A stretch of DNA of 64,000 bases from Eledone cirrhosa (taxonomy: Eukaryota), in the NCBI GenBank assembly GCA_964016885.1, contig OZ024746.1:66588001-66652000 (forward strand), written 5' to 3'. The notes below the pieces were generated by a model. That model did not search any database. It was not told where the DNA came from and saw nothing but the letters and a program-made list of their open reading frames with translations. A program made the translations under genes and the position numbers. Positions 14,372 to 27,589 of the stretch are shown piece after piece. Numbering within the stretch: position 1 is the stretch's first letter; each line of letters opens with the position of its first letter.

Positions 14372-15526
14372 AAACTCACTGATATGTTTCCTGCATTCGG
14401 TGGTGGATTGCACCGTGATGATGGGCTCCTTACCCTTAAAGGGTACAACGCCAGTAGTACAGATCGGGTCCGGAAACAATTAATCAGATTCTTCCGCGAC
14501 TGGGGATTTAAAATAACCCTACAAACGTCCCTGACCCGAGTAAACTTCCTGGACGTGACCCTCGACCTCGAAAACGACCTGTACTACCCATACAGGAAAC
14601 CTAATGACAATCTGCACTACATCCACCGCCGATAAAACCATCCTAGGAACATCACAAACAACCTGGTCAAAAACATCTCCCTCCGCATATCCCGTTTGTC
14701 AGCTAATGAGCGGATATTCGATGAACATGCGCCTTATTACAACCAGGCCCTCAAGCGGAGTGGTTTACGGGAGGAAATATCCTACTGTCCAGCTCCCATT
14801 AGCGGAACCAGCAGGAGACACCGCCGCTCACGCAATGTAACATGGTTCAATCCTCCCCACAACGCAGAGGTGACAACTCCCATCGGGAAACTATTCTTTA
14901 GGCTCATTGAAAAACACTTCCCATTACAACACCGCTACCACAACATAATTAACAAAAATACCATCAAACTCTCTTACAGCACTACACCAAACTTCGCACA
15001 AAACATCGTCTCCTCTAACAACAAAAAACTCAACCCCGATGGCAGAAATAACCTAAATAGCAGTGGAGAACCGACCAGGAGGTGTAACTGCCCGGATAGA
15101 TCTATTTGCCCACTCGACAATAGATGCAGAGACCGTAATGTGATCTACCAGTGCAACGTGAGGACGGATACCTCCAACAAAGCCTATATAGGACTTACCG
15201 CATGTGACTTCAAGACCCGGCTATACCAACATAGACATACCTTCCGAAACCCGGCCCGGCGTCACGCCACTACACTTTCGGGCCACATATGGGACCTCAG
15301 GGACAACAACATCACCTATGATCTCACTTGGAGATTACTGTCCAGAGCCAATTCTTACACGGGAGGACGCCGTCCGTGCAATTTATGCTCGGAGGAAACT
15401 TTACAAATGCTGTTTTCGACGGACCAACTCCTAAACAAGAAAGATGAACTGGTTACTGCATGTAAACATAGATTGCGTAGGATTTACCTCGCCCTCAAAC
15501 CCCATAATGACCCGGGGGGGGGGTAG
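14372..15526 (+). pseudogene. PLE RT C-terminus/thumb + CxCx5C linker + GIY-YIG endonuclease
   Basis: GLHRDDGL (YxDD position), VNFLDVTLDL, PYRKPN, in-frame TAA at 14633-14635 (HRR*NHP), TWFNPP, CNCPDRSIC, VIYQC...AYIGLT, CNLC. ORFs 14384-14635 and 14696-15526 are in the same frame. Confidence 0.92.
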
Positions 15527-16638
15527 ACTAGGGCTATAACACCCCACTTGCCGATTTTGCAATGGGTAACCCCTGCTTGCCAAGGAAGACGTAAGATCTT
15601 CTTTGTATTCTTTTATCGCTTCCTTTATTTCCTTCCCCCCTCTCTCCTTAGTCCTTCTACCCCAGCTCTTCTCCTTTGTCGGCGTCTTTTCTCGCCCACC
15701 CGAGGCTGCCCTTTGGCCCCATGTAGCCTTAGTACCCCCACCACCCCCTCCCCTAGTCTATGATAGATTTGGCGGACTCCGCCCTTTATAGCAGTGGGCT
15801 TAGACCCCGGATACTTGCCCCCTTTTCCCGACCGCTCCCACATTTCTCTGTGCCCTCTATATTTCTTAGTGGCACTTACGCCTTATTTTTTCGTTTCAGT
15901 ATTTCTTGCTTCGCTTTTCTTCTGGGCGGGGTGGATTCTGAATTTATTTCTCCGTATTCTACCTTTATTTCGTACGAACTTTCATGTAGCTTGTTTTAGA
16001 TCTTTTAGAGTTAGCATTAGTATATATTTTTCTCGGGACTCAGAATTATTATCTCGTACACGTTCACTTTGCTGCACTGGGTCGTTGCTGGCCCGGGATG
16101 GAAACCTTTATTGTTTATTTCGTGGTAGTCTCTTTAGTATTTTGGCCCCTTTTGTTGACCCGTCACCGTATCATTTACGTACTTATACCTCTTAAAAGGG
16201 TCCTTGCCTATACCGTCCCACCTAGTTCTTTTACTTATTTCGTTATTTCTTTATTTATTTATTTCTTTACTTCTTTCTTTCTTTCTTTATTTTATTCTAG
16301 CCTAACAATAGCCTGAGACCTAGGTCGTAGAATTTAATTTACTTTACTTTTTTCTTTACACTTATTTGCTTTTCTTCACTCTCAGTATTTTTTCTTTCCT
16401 ATATATTTCTACCCACCATTGTTCTACCTACCGTTCCGACTTCCTCCCCCTCCCCCTCCCCTGTATCTTCTTTGACCTCATGCCCAGCTGTAGCTGGCAC
16501 TACCAACGCTTGATTGGGTCTACTCCACCCCCTCCCCTCTTTCTCCTACTGGCAGGTTTAGCCACCATCTCCCCTACTAATTTGCAACCACAGAATTACT
16601 ACTGATTTTTGACAATCACTTTGACCATATATGGAATT

Positions 16639-16732
16639 ACCCCTTGAGAAGATCGGCTATTTAAATACCAGGATAAATGTTCATTTAGTCCAGAATTAGC
16701 CGTCGAAACGGCTTGAGCTCAGCTGTCGGGGT
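16639..16732 (+). ncRNA. Type I hammerhead with U3:A8 core (right pLTR)
   Basis: ACCCC-TTGAGAA-GATCGGCTA...TAGCCGTC-GAAA-CGGCT-TGAGCTC-AGCTG-TC-GGGGT. All three stems pair, with a GUC cleavage triplet at 16725-16727. Confidence 0.75.
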
Positions 16733-16742
16733 CTTACTGGTT

Positions 16743-16776
<34 letters not shown>

Positions 16777-19700
16777 ACATAGTCACTCTATCTGTTTGCA
16801 TCTCTGTCATCACATACTCTCTCTTTCTTTCTCGCGCTGTTTATATATAAATGGAAGTTGAAGTAGTGGCGATATACCGGAAGTTGAAATTTGAAACTTT
16901 TCAAAGTAGTGAATTGTGAAATAAGTAATACATAAAATTATTTCTGTTTAATCATGTGTTACAACATTTAGTAGAAATCTAACCTATTTTACTAACGGAT
17001 AATGACCCGCACTTCTCCTTTTATTATATTATAGATTAACAAGGACAAAATTAACCAGTAACTCGTGTCTAAGAAAATAACTGTATAGTATAAATGACTC
17101 AGAAACGAATACATGTGTAAAATCAGTATATGCTACTAGTTTCTCATAATATAAATACCATAATCTAATATATTGTAAAACAGCAAATTTTTTAATCATC
17201 TAATTTTTTATCAAATCCACATTCTTTTCTCTACATCACATTTTGCATGTTGACAAAAAGAAAATCATATAAGAGTTGTATTATAGCATACATAACAAAT
17301 CGATATTTTGGGGGAGTATCTATGTAATCCAAATTCGAAACACGTGATATCCTTTTGAATTCGGGTCATATATATATGATATTTTAAAAGATATACTCAA
17401 ATTTCGATGTTATAAAAAATCTTCAATTTAGTCAAATGTTTTGAACTTTTTGAAAAATTAGTTAACTTTCCTATGAACTATAAAACAAATGTCATGAACT
17501 TTCTGAAATAGTTCAATGACTTCAAATATGTGTATAATCAATGGAGAGAGAAAATGTCAGAAATATATATTTCTCCAAATTTCAATATGAACGACTGATA
17601 TGAACATCGATTTAATAATTATAACGACGACAATGTAATTTGTTCAATGGAAGTCAATACTTGACTGGACAGCTGATGATTCATAATACTATTATATGTC
17701 ACAAATTCTTCAATAAATACGCCTCAGCTTATAGCTCATAATCGTAATTACCACACTTGTTACGGTTCGCTATTAAACTGTCAAACATGTCATGTGAAAC
17801 AAATCATTGCGTTTACAGATAATTAATTCTGCATCTGTTTCACTTGTGCATAAGAAACAAATCTACGTAGAGTATAATATTCCGTATTTTATCGAACACC
17901 GAATGCCATATTATGCAAAATGTAAAAAATTTATAAATATCAAACCACACAAAACGTGTATCATATTTTTCGGCTACAGGATATGAAAATATAACTAACA
18001 GAAGTATGAAGGTAATTTGCGAATTATTAACTATATATTTAGAGTACAAACTAAGGATATTTTTCATAAGTAATATAGATATTATATTAGTATATTGATA
18101 TCTATATCGACTGTTGTTGCCGATTCAATCTACTGAACATTTAGTCGAGAAGTAAAGGTTCGTAGTTAATTTGGAACTATGAACACAATCAGGAATAAAA
18201 GTATCTAAAGAGAAATGGTGAGTAAAAGCATGTCAATGACAGGTATTTAAGTATTCTTATCGGTGTGGAATGAATCTAGTTTAAATGCTAAAAAGTCGGA
18301 AATATTCTAAACCAACCTCGAATGATAAGAACCCTGTATCCTGTTACATGTTGTTTGAACTTCACAAGTTAGATGGTGTGCTGAATGTTATAGTAACAAC
18401 TGATTGCTGCATTACGGATCTTTTCTGAAATAAATACTAAATATATGCTAATTTAAAGAAGAAAAATGATATAAATATATATATATTATCAATGCAAATG
18501 CATTGAGTATCAGGCTCATTCACTTTTAGTTAAAATGGTTTGCAGAAATTGTATTTTACTTAATTTTGTTTTATTTACATTGTATTTTGGATTTGGAGAT
18601 TAGATTCCTTTCACAGTAAAATGGTTCAGGGAAATGATATGAACAATATTCCGTATATTGTAAGATATATGTCCTTTTAAAAAAAGATTCCGTATAGTTA
18701 CTACTTGGAGTAAAGGTCAATCTAAGAATATGAGAACATAAAATGATACGTATCCTATATATCTTGTATAGATAAATGTCGATTGTAAGAAATTATTCAA
18801 CACATTTTGTATTTGAGTTCAATAAAGTGTTTAATGTATTCCATTTATTTATATGAATCCACAATGAACTGAAAATCTTAAAATACTGGTGAATATATTG
18901 TCATGAAGTGACGAATGTTTAGCGTAAATGTGCAGTTGATTGAGTAAATACCAATATATTTCATTGAAACGGTATATATGGCAGTCTATGGGTACATTAT
19001 TGCATTAGTGTCCACGTCAAATGTAGGAGACTGCACGTGAAAATGTTTTCAGATTTCTCTCGACTCGCAGGTATTTCCACAGAAATTCGGATCAAACAAT
19101 ACACTAGGGTTTTTAAATCATAAGGAACACATTTAATACAGTAGCCCGAATTATTGCGGCTTAAACATTAGTAAACTAAATCTCAAAACAACCCCAAATC
19201 AAAAATAGAAATACTACTAAAGAAGATGAGTTAATTACTTATGTTGATGCTAAGATACTAGAGCTCTGGAAAAATTTAGTGTTTATTGAGTATTTATTTT
19301 CACAATGGTAACGTTTATACGAAAATAATTAAATGTTGGTCTCAAGCGCGGAGGTTCAATAGGCCGGTGCTATAGTGGTTTCACTGGCATTAAGCGACTT
19401 TGGGTAAATGATTTCCATCTGAATAGGGTGCCAGTTTACCATATGAATAAAACCCTAGCAATTACGGTTACTCATTTTCAACTGAGTATACTGAAGCAAC
19501 GAGAAATGAAAACACATATCGCAGTAATCGATCCCACGTCTTTATGATTGGTAATCCAGACAGCCTAACTACTACTCAACTCTCCATCACAAATAACACA
19601 TTCTATAATATTAATTGAAATACTTTTTTTACATCGTCAGAACAGCTGGCACGGCAATGAATTAATTGGTCGGTGAAGTGTGAAGTAAAATCTAATTAAT

Positions 19701-20172
19701 GACATATTCTTCTTTATATCTATTCCCGCTACTTTGAAAAATACATTATTGACGCTTGTGAAGTGGGTTACAGAATAAAAAAGAAATGATATCAATAAAC
19801 ATATAAAACTACGGTAGTAAATATTTACGCTGGAATTTTAAGGAAAAATAATTTTCAATTCGTGCCGAATTATATTTTTCCAGATTCTTATAAATATACA
19901 CATATTGTTAGTAAGATAGTTTAGATAATTCCAATACCAAATATACATCAAATAAAATAGTTGCCATTGTATAGATTATGTAACGTCTACAATAAGCAAA
20001 TTCAAACACACACACATATATATAAATCAATAAGTAAATAAATAAATAGATAATGTATATATATATTATATATACAAACACATTATCTGAGACGTGAAAA
20101 CACGCAAAAACACAGACATTCGTGAAACAATCATCATCTCAATCCCATGAACCCACACATTTTGTTCCTTAC

Positions 20173-20281
20173 CGACATGGATCGCATACAGGATTTGATT
20201 TGCTAACTGACCACCCCTTGACCCAGCAGCAGTTAGAAATATGTTTTGCTTGGAATTGTAAACCAACACATAGGTTTTAGC
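20173..20281 (-). CDS. Candidate host-gene exon (AKTYVLVYNSKQNIFLTAAGSRGGQLANQILYAIHV)
   Basis: tag|...|GTAAGG boundaries, 109 nt, open reading in phase 0 to 1. Confidence 0.45.
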
Positions 20282-20571
20282 CTATCATGGGATACTACAG
20301 ATATTATCAGATTTAAAGCAATTTTCACCTACTAGAATAGCACTAACATGGAACAAACGTTGGTTTTTTTGTATCAATGTTATATAACTCTCTCATTTTT
20401 GTGGCACAACCATTTATTTAAAAAATTGAGTCATCACTTCTAGCCCAATCTATGCTTCTCGTGCAGGGCCACATACATATTATTCCAATTTCCTTTATTG
20501 TTGGTCGCATAAATAACACCGAAGTACTATAAAATATTATTTAACGTACATACATATATCAGCATATATCA

Positions 20572-20610
<39 letters not shown>

Positions 20611-20670
20611 AGACCAGTGCTCTAACCTCTGAGTGCGCAGCCTGCAACTGGCGGAGTTTAGCGTCACAGG

Positions 20671-20717
<47 letters not shown>

Positions 20718-20795
20718 TGATGAGCAGAACAAACAAACATTAAACAATCCTTTAAATAAATTAAAAAATGATTTAAATATCTACCTGTTCTTAAT

Positions 20796-20874
20796 GCTAT
20801 TACCGGCTGTTTCCATCTAGAAAAGATTAGAAATTCTGAGAATTTCCACCGGAAAGTAAATTTCATCAGATAGC
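20796..20874 (-). ncRNA. Type I hammerhead, family C (more degenerate copy)
   Basis: Reverse-complement homologue of 21165-21243, with mismatches in stems II and III. Confidence 0.6.
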
Positions 20875-21164
20875 TATTTCCATTCTATAGGACTTAAGTC
20901 CCACGGTCTGCAAATATAATGCCAACTACCAGTGAGATATTTACCTCATTTTTATAAATTCTCCAATTTATGTAGAGAACAAATTCGTTGTTGCTTACTG
21001 CTATTTTTTTAGCAGCAAAGCCATCAACAAGTCTGTAATATTCCCGCTTTCACTAGCGGCCGGTTCACGTGTGGGTCACTTTAACGGCCATAACTCATAC
21101 GAGCTGGTAGTTGGCATTATATTTGCAGACAGTGGGACTTAAGTCCTATAGAATGGAAATAGTA

Positions 21165-21243
21165 GCTATCTGATGAAATTTACTTTCCGTTGGAAATTCT
21201 CTGAATTTCTAATCTTTTGTAAATGGAAACCGCCGGTAATAGC
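21165..21243 (+). ncRNA. Type I hammerhead, family C
   Basis: GCTAT-CTGATGA-AATTTAC...GTAAATG-GAAA-CCG-C-CGG-TA-ATAGC. Confidence 0.75.
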
Positions 21244-21432
21244 ATTATGAACAGGTAGATACTTAAATCATTTTTTAAATTTATTTAAAGGATTGTTTAA
21301 TGTTTGTTTGTTCTGCTCATCAATTTTTATAGTTCTGGTATCTCAAATTAGTACCATAGAACAACAATTATATTATAGACACCCTATATATCTCTATGGG
21401 TACTTAGTACTCAGTGAGATATTTACCTCATT

Positions 21433-21466
<34 letters not shown>

Positions 21467-21992
21467 AGCATAGGAACGACATATCCATACACAAAGAGAC
21501 ATACCACATAGGTTACCATGAATACACAGAGACCCAAGCACAAATGCACAAACACAATCCCGATGCACACTCATAAGTAGATCGCTACGCACATAGATAT
21601 ATACATAGATTTGAACATACGGGTGCACTCTTACGCAAATACTGCCACATGCCTACATATTTGAAAACACGTAAACACCTACAAATATAGGCAGCTATAA
21701 TTACGCTAAACCTCACACGCCCTCACCTATATACACACCCTGCAATATAGTCACACTCACTATATACAATCAACATCACAGACCTATGTCACATACAGTT
21801 TTATGCAGCATGGAAAGAAATATATCCATGCTCACAACATTCCTCATGATGTGGTCACTCTCCTTAATCACTCACTGATTTATCGCCTTGACCTAACGTC
21901 ACTACCTCTCTGTTATTTCCCGATGAATTATTAATATCAGAAACGTCGAAGACACACCCTATCCCCTATCATCAACACGTTAATCCAATAAT

Positions 21993-22180
21993 TGTTTCTA
22001 CTTTTGGCACAAGTCCAGCAATTATCCCAGTGCATTACTGGTACTTTATTTTAACGACCCCGTAAGGATGAAAGGCAAAGTTAAACTAGGCGGGATTTGA
22101 ACTCAGAATGGCAAGGGCCGTAACTCTATGGATCAAAGCATGGCGTCCAACCCTCTACCGATACTGCCAATTCACGGCCC
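21993..22180 (-). mobile_element. tRNA-derived SINE with 19-bp TSD
   Basis: Reverse complement of the SINE. TSD AACACGTTAATCCAATAAT at 21974-21992 and 22184-22202. Confidence 0.9.
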
Positions 22181-23726
22181 TCTAACACGTTAATCCAATA
22201 ATATTCTTCAGTATATCTCGTCCGCGTCTCTTTTTAATGTTTATACTCCTTTTTGATTTTTGAACTTGTATAACATATACATATATGAATGTATGTCTGT
22301 CAGAGTGTGTGTGTGTGAGTAATCTTATAGTTGATAGGTTTGCTACAATGATTATCAATATAAAGTTTAAACATGCTTTACATTTTCTTTCGGGATTTCG
22401 CCAATCCGTTTGTCGTATAAAACCTATCAATTTATAAATATGTGTCTGTGTGCGCGCTCATGTATGTATCAGTGCTCATGCACACGTGTGAATATATTTG
22501 TTTATCTTGGAGACGTATCCCCTATTTATGCAAAGCAACTAATTGCTACTCAATCATTATTGATGAATATGTATTAAAAATTATATCATTTTAAAATCAA
22601 TCGTAATTTGTTAAACTTCATATTTAATGCCTTAAATCTCGTGAATAATTCAGAAACTGAATAATATGTTGTTGTTACGTGTGTGTCAGAAATTTTCATA
22701 GAAGCACACGATTTCTGTTTAATTAAAAGGAATCTTTATATTATATTTTTCGTGTAATTATATATAGTTTATATAATAGTGTTTATATGATCGTGTATAT
22801 ATAATCTAGTTGGTACTGATTATATTTTGAATAATCTAATCTTGTAGACATGGAAATGCAAACAAACATGAATTTTTATACCTTAGGCATTTATTTGGGA
22901 AGAATATCGGTGTCTGCGTCATAATTCGTAAATTGTAGCTTATTGGTTATCCTTGAAAGTATTCCAAACATCTATATCATTTAGATGGGCATACAACGCC
23001 CAAATGCATTAGCAACATTTTTTCAGTTATTATTAAGTGTATGATATAGTACACTCTTCAAACCTTAATGCATTAACAAAGGAGTACATTACACGACTTT
23101 GTCAGTAATAGAGAAATTCTGCTGCAATCTACCGAAATACAACCAAACACAATGTCCTGAAAATAACCTCAAATATAATATATTAGCAGAGGTGCGTTGA
23201 TATTTCTATTTATGAATTCAATTATTAACGTAATAAATTATATTTTTATGTAAAATATATATCGATGTCTAGGTTTCATAACATTCTAATGACTCCTATA
23301 TGAAAATTACCTTTTATTTTAGTATACATATATTCTGCCACTAACCTACTGATTTACAATGCAGTATTTATTTATTTTACATTTGGTCACTCACACTTGC
23401 AATGTAAAATGTCAACATTTGAATTTTGCCATATACGTTCGATGTGTAGAATCATGTTGTTTTAAAATATTTGGATAGTTGGGAAGTGGAAGCGAAAAAA
23501 TGAGTTCCATTTAAGCAAAATGTTGTCACAATTAATGCTCCTAATTTTCAAGTATCTCATTGGTAATTCCTTTTTAACTATTTCCGCAGGCGTTTGTTTA
23601 GCATTCATTTTTATGACATTTTCAGAAACTATATATAACTAACAAGAATGATAATTTAATGCTTATTTCTAACAACGAAACACGAATAATACGCGAAGTG
23701 AAACCGATTTTCTTAAACGTACTTAC

Positions 23727-23756
23727 GACAGGACTGGTGTATGTTACGTAATCAAA
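23727..23756 (-). CDS. Candidate host-gene micro-exon (FDYVTYTSPV)
   Basis: tttag|30 nt|GTAAGT, phase 0-0. Confidence 0.4.
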
Positions 23757-24691
23757 CTAAACCACCGATTCACAAACAAATAGAATATTATTGCACACTG
23801 ACATAACAGCAGGTCTTACTTTTCCATAACACACAAACATGAAGTTAATATTCACGCACATTTCTTACGATTATTTTCATATGGAAGATATTAGAGCAAA
23901 ATCAATTCTAACAGAGGCAAAAATCTATTGCATTCTTCAAAATTAGCAGTCAAACAATGGCTTAAAGATTTCTTGGGAGTCGAATATAAATACGTGTCAT
24001 AAGACATTTTTATAGTGGTAGTATAATTATCCGTTAGGAGCAGATCAAACGACAATGAAAAAGAAATGCCTTTCTACGTTGACTTCTTTCTCTAATCTCA
24101 TCAACTTCAGAAAAACATAATCATTCATCACACAGGATATCTGTGTATACTTTAGTCCACTGAATACAGAGAAGCTTTTGATGTACAAGTACATTGGCAA
24201 CACTCGGTCTTTGAAGATTTAATGAAAGTTCAGTTTTATGTGTATATAACGCATATGGACCAAAATATATTTTCATCTTGAAAACATCTGTAACTTTTAA
24301 GTATAGGTTGACTGCATCTAGCTAAAATATATGATGTAATAATTCTATATTGCTTATCATCAACATAGTTAAATAAACTGCGTTGTACGAAATTCCTCCA
24401 TTTGCCTACTTTCATAGTGTATTGTATTTTAAGCTTGTTGTTAGAATCTATAAGTTTTCATTTTCAATAAGGTTAACCCTGAGTAACCATTCTCCACGTA
24501 TATGAAATATAATGTGAAGGCGTTTTCATATCTGAATGGCAGCATATTTTGATGCACGAAATGCTAACAAATGTAAATAGTAGTATATTATAAAGTTCAT
24601 CAGAAAAACACCACTAGTCAATGAAATCTTATTATTGTTTTTGATTTTCCGTCATGTACATCATGCAGCTCTGGGGGGCGAAATGGCTTAC

Positions 24692-24778
24692 CAATGGATT
24701 AATACAATCCTTTCGTATACAATTGTTGTCATAGCCAAAATAGTACAATATCAACATTATAAAGTATACGACACATTC
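24692..24778 (-). CDS. Candidate host-gene exon (ECVVYFIMLILYYFGYDNNCIRKDCINPL)
   Basis: ttcttcaatag|87 nt|GTAAGC, phase 0-0. Confidence 0.45.
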
Positions 24779-26332
24779 CTATTGAAGAACTCTGGGTTTC
24801 AGCATGTTGAATATATTGTGTGTGCATTTAATGTTATGTAACCCAATTGTATCAAACCTGGTTGAATATAAAATAGAAATGGGTGATCCCTGAGAAACGA
24901 TACGAAATTCACCAATGAATTAAATCAGACATCTGAGCATTCTTTGAATGTAATGTTTAGCTCATGGTACAAATGAAAGCAAACATAATCATTTCTATAT
25001 ATTTAATACACAGGAAAAGGGTAAATACCCTTCTGATACCCTTCAAATACCCTTCAAATATTGAAACGAGTTCTAGTCTTACATCGGGTAATGATTTAAA
25101 TCTAGCAGCCATATACGAATGAGAATAAATATTATTTCACTAGCAGCAGTACCCACGCTGATGTTGTTTCATTGATACTTGAAAGTCATACAATCATATA
25201 TATTCACTATTTAAAAAAAATTATTTTAAAGGGATGCGACAGAATTTCACTCAGTATTATTGCATCCAATTAAATTAAATGTTTCAAGTTTAATTTCATT
25301 CACGTGCAGAACAATACGCACATATATAGTATAAAATACATTTTAAGTTCTCAATATATTTTTTATTTTCTGTAAAAGCATTGTCCTTTTAAATACTATA
25401 ATACTGTAATAGTGAGCAGCATATTGACTTCCTTTCTATATGGTATCCGAGTTGTTTTCTCTGGTGAAGGGAAAGCTGTCCGTATATGTGATAGTATGTT
25501 GTTCCATAAACCATCTGTTCTGTCATTCAGGGGTGTCATCATGCAAATAACATATTCTTCTTCCATGTGATTCAGTAATTACAAACACTTGTTACAACTG
25601 GTAGTCAAACAGCCGTGGGTATATTGTCAATTAAAATCAGTGCATCCTAGAAATTATAATAGCAGAAGGTTCCACATATTAAGGTGTTTAATATAAGAAA
25701 AACATTATTATTCTCATGACACTCAACCTAGTATATACGTTTTATACACAATTCGCTTTCATGAAAATATAACAGTATTAACCTTTCTTTCCGCAACATG
25801 AATCTGTTACTATGTTTAAAGCTATCTATAACTACTTTACTGAATAACATTAACGCCTTAAAGCTGTCAAACGTTACAGTCTCTTAATTCACTTCCACCA
25901 CGTTTGGTGAACGTAATTACCTTAGAACTCAATGATTCGTAGTTTAGCATCAGAAGATAAAATAATTGTAGTAATATATAGCTCGTAATTTATAGTAAAC
26001 TGCATTGCAAGATTATTTCGATTTTGTAGGCAAGATTACCTAATTAATAAACTAATTAATCTCCTAATTTGAGTGATATCCAAACTCTATTTTAAAGGCA
26101 TTCACAGAAATAGTTACGAAATAACGATTTCATCTAATAAATATGTTTATACGTAAACAATATGCTTTTAATGATTTTCTATCGCAATACATCTAAATTG
26201 TAGATGGTATTAAACCACCAATTTCAGAGGATTAAAAATAGGAACTTCTGTTATTCATTTCCTGTTCAAAAATAATTATATATCCAGCTAGCAAATACAA
26301 GTGTTTATTCAAATATCCGTCGACTAATATAA

Positions 26333-26693
26333 TTGTCTCTACTTTTGACACAAGGCTAGCAAATACCCAGTACATTACTGGTACTTTATTTTATCGACCC
26401 CGTAAGGATGAAAGGCAAAGTTCCCTTGGCGGGATTTGAATTCAGACCGTAAAGAGACGTAACTATGCTGGAAAGCATGTCGTCGGACTCTCCACCGATA
26501 CTGCCAATTCACCGCCACTTGGCAGTATCGGTAGAGGGTCGGACGCCATGCTTTCCAGCATAGTTACGTCCCTTTACGATCTGAGTTCAAATCCCGCCGA
26601 GGTTGACTTTGCCTTTCATCCTTACGGGGTCGATAAAATAAAGTACCAGTAATGCACTGGATAATTGCTGGCCTTGTGCCTAAAGTAGAAACA
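26333..26693. mobile_element. Head-to-head SINE dimer
   Basis: Minus copy 26333-26517 and plus copy 26519-26693. The direct repeat ACTAATATAA flanks the pair (26323-26332, 26694-26703). Confidence 0.88.
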
Positions 26694-27589
26694 ACTAATA
26701 TAAGGGTATTAATTTTTATTCATGTGTTATAATGAATTACACATTTTTTTAGAAATTCAAAGCAGCTCTCTGGCCTCCGAAGCATATATTGTGATATCAA
26801 ATATCCTATTCTCACAGAGTCTGTTATGCGCCCTCTATCTCAAAGAATAAGATATAGTTCATACCGCTGCGTAGAATGAACATCTCTATTCACTCAAAGA
26901 TTCTACCGATAAAGTCATTGTTTGGACTATTATGTATTGATTAATAAATTTGTCGACAAAATAGACATGTATAAATCATAATTGCAAGATGTTTTTAAAT
27001 TAATTAATCCATATAAACACATCAATAAAATTATCTGTAATTATTTTTGAAATTCTATAGTATATATTTTGTGGCACCTTATAGATAAATTCATGCAAAA
27101 TCCATCACGAGAAAGTTAAGATTCATTTGCAAATAGATTTAAATGTATATTACATATTTCACACAATACAAATAAATTGAATGGTAGGCAAATTCTGACG
27201 AAATCTAATTCAGAGATGTTTCTTCGAAATGCTGTCACTAGTTTCCTTTGTTTTTTGTTGTTTTGTTAAGAATGTTTAATTTACTTAGCTTCTAGAGTAT
27301 GTGTAGCATGAATGTTACTCCTACATCGGCATGAATGGTGCGAATTATAAGCAGTATTTGTAGCATGAATGGCTTGCGAATTAATACGTGGTATGTTTCT
27401 AGCACCCTCATTATAATTGGGATTTCCTGTTTCATCATTCAGAATCGGTTTATCTTTTTAAACTAGCTCTGAAGTATGTGCATAATTTCTCCATGTTTCA
27501 TAGATGTATTATCATCTGCAACGACTGATAACTGTAGTAAGTGACATGTCATTTTTTCTGATATTTGACTATATTACCTAATCAATCGG

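Larger units (their letters stand above)
13068..16747 (+). mobile_element. Penelope-like retroelement (Naiad-like), 5'-truncated, with inverted pseudo-LTRs
   Basis: 13142-14312 is a near-identical reverse complement of 15572-16747, enclosing the RT C-terminus and a GIY-YIG domain. Both ends abut (TA)n. Confidence 0.93.
20714..21325. repeat. Inverted repeat, hammerhead family C (tails outward)
   Basis: 20714-20931 is approximately the reverse complement of 21104-21325. Starts at (TA)n. Confidence 0.85.

Noticed and set aside
14372-15526. Selenocysteine recoding, as reported for some Naiad PLEs
   Set aside because: The in-frame stop is TAA at a non-Cys position and the conserved Cys codons are TGT/TGC. 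The stop in the 46914 remnant is also TAA.
13284-16605. Mirror-image small ORFs in the two arms
   Set aside because: They are low-complexity pLTR sequence duplicated by the inversion, with no protein motifs.
25410-25650. Exon-like minus-strand segment (MEEEYVICMMTPLNDRTDGLW...)
   Set aside because: All three frames from the obvious acceptor at ~25647 hit stops, so no boundaries could be supported.
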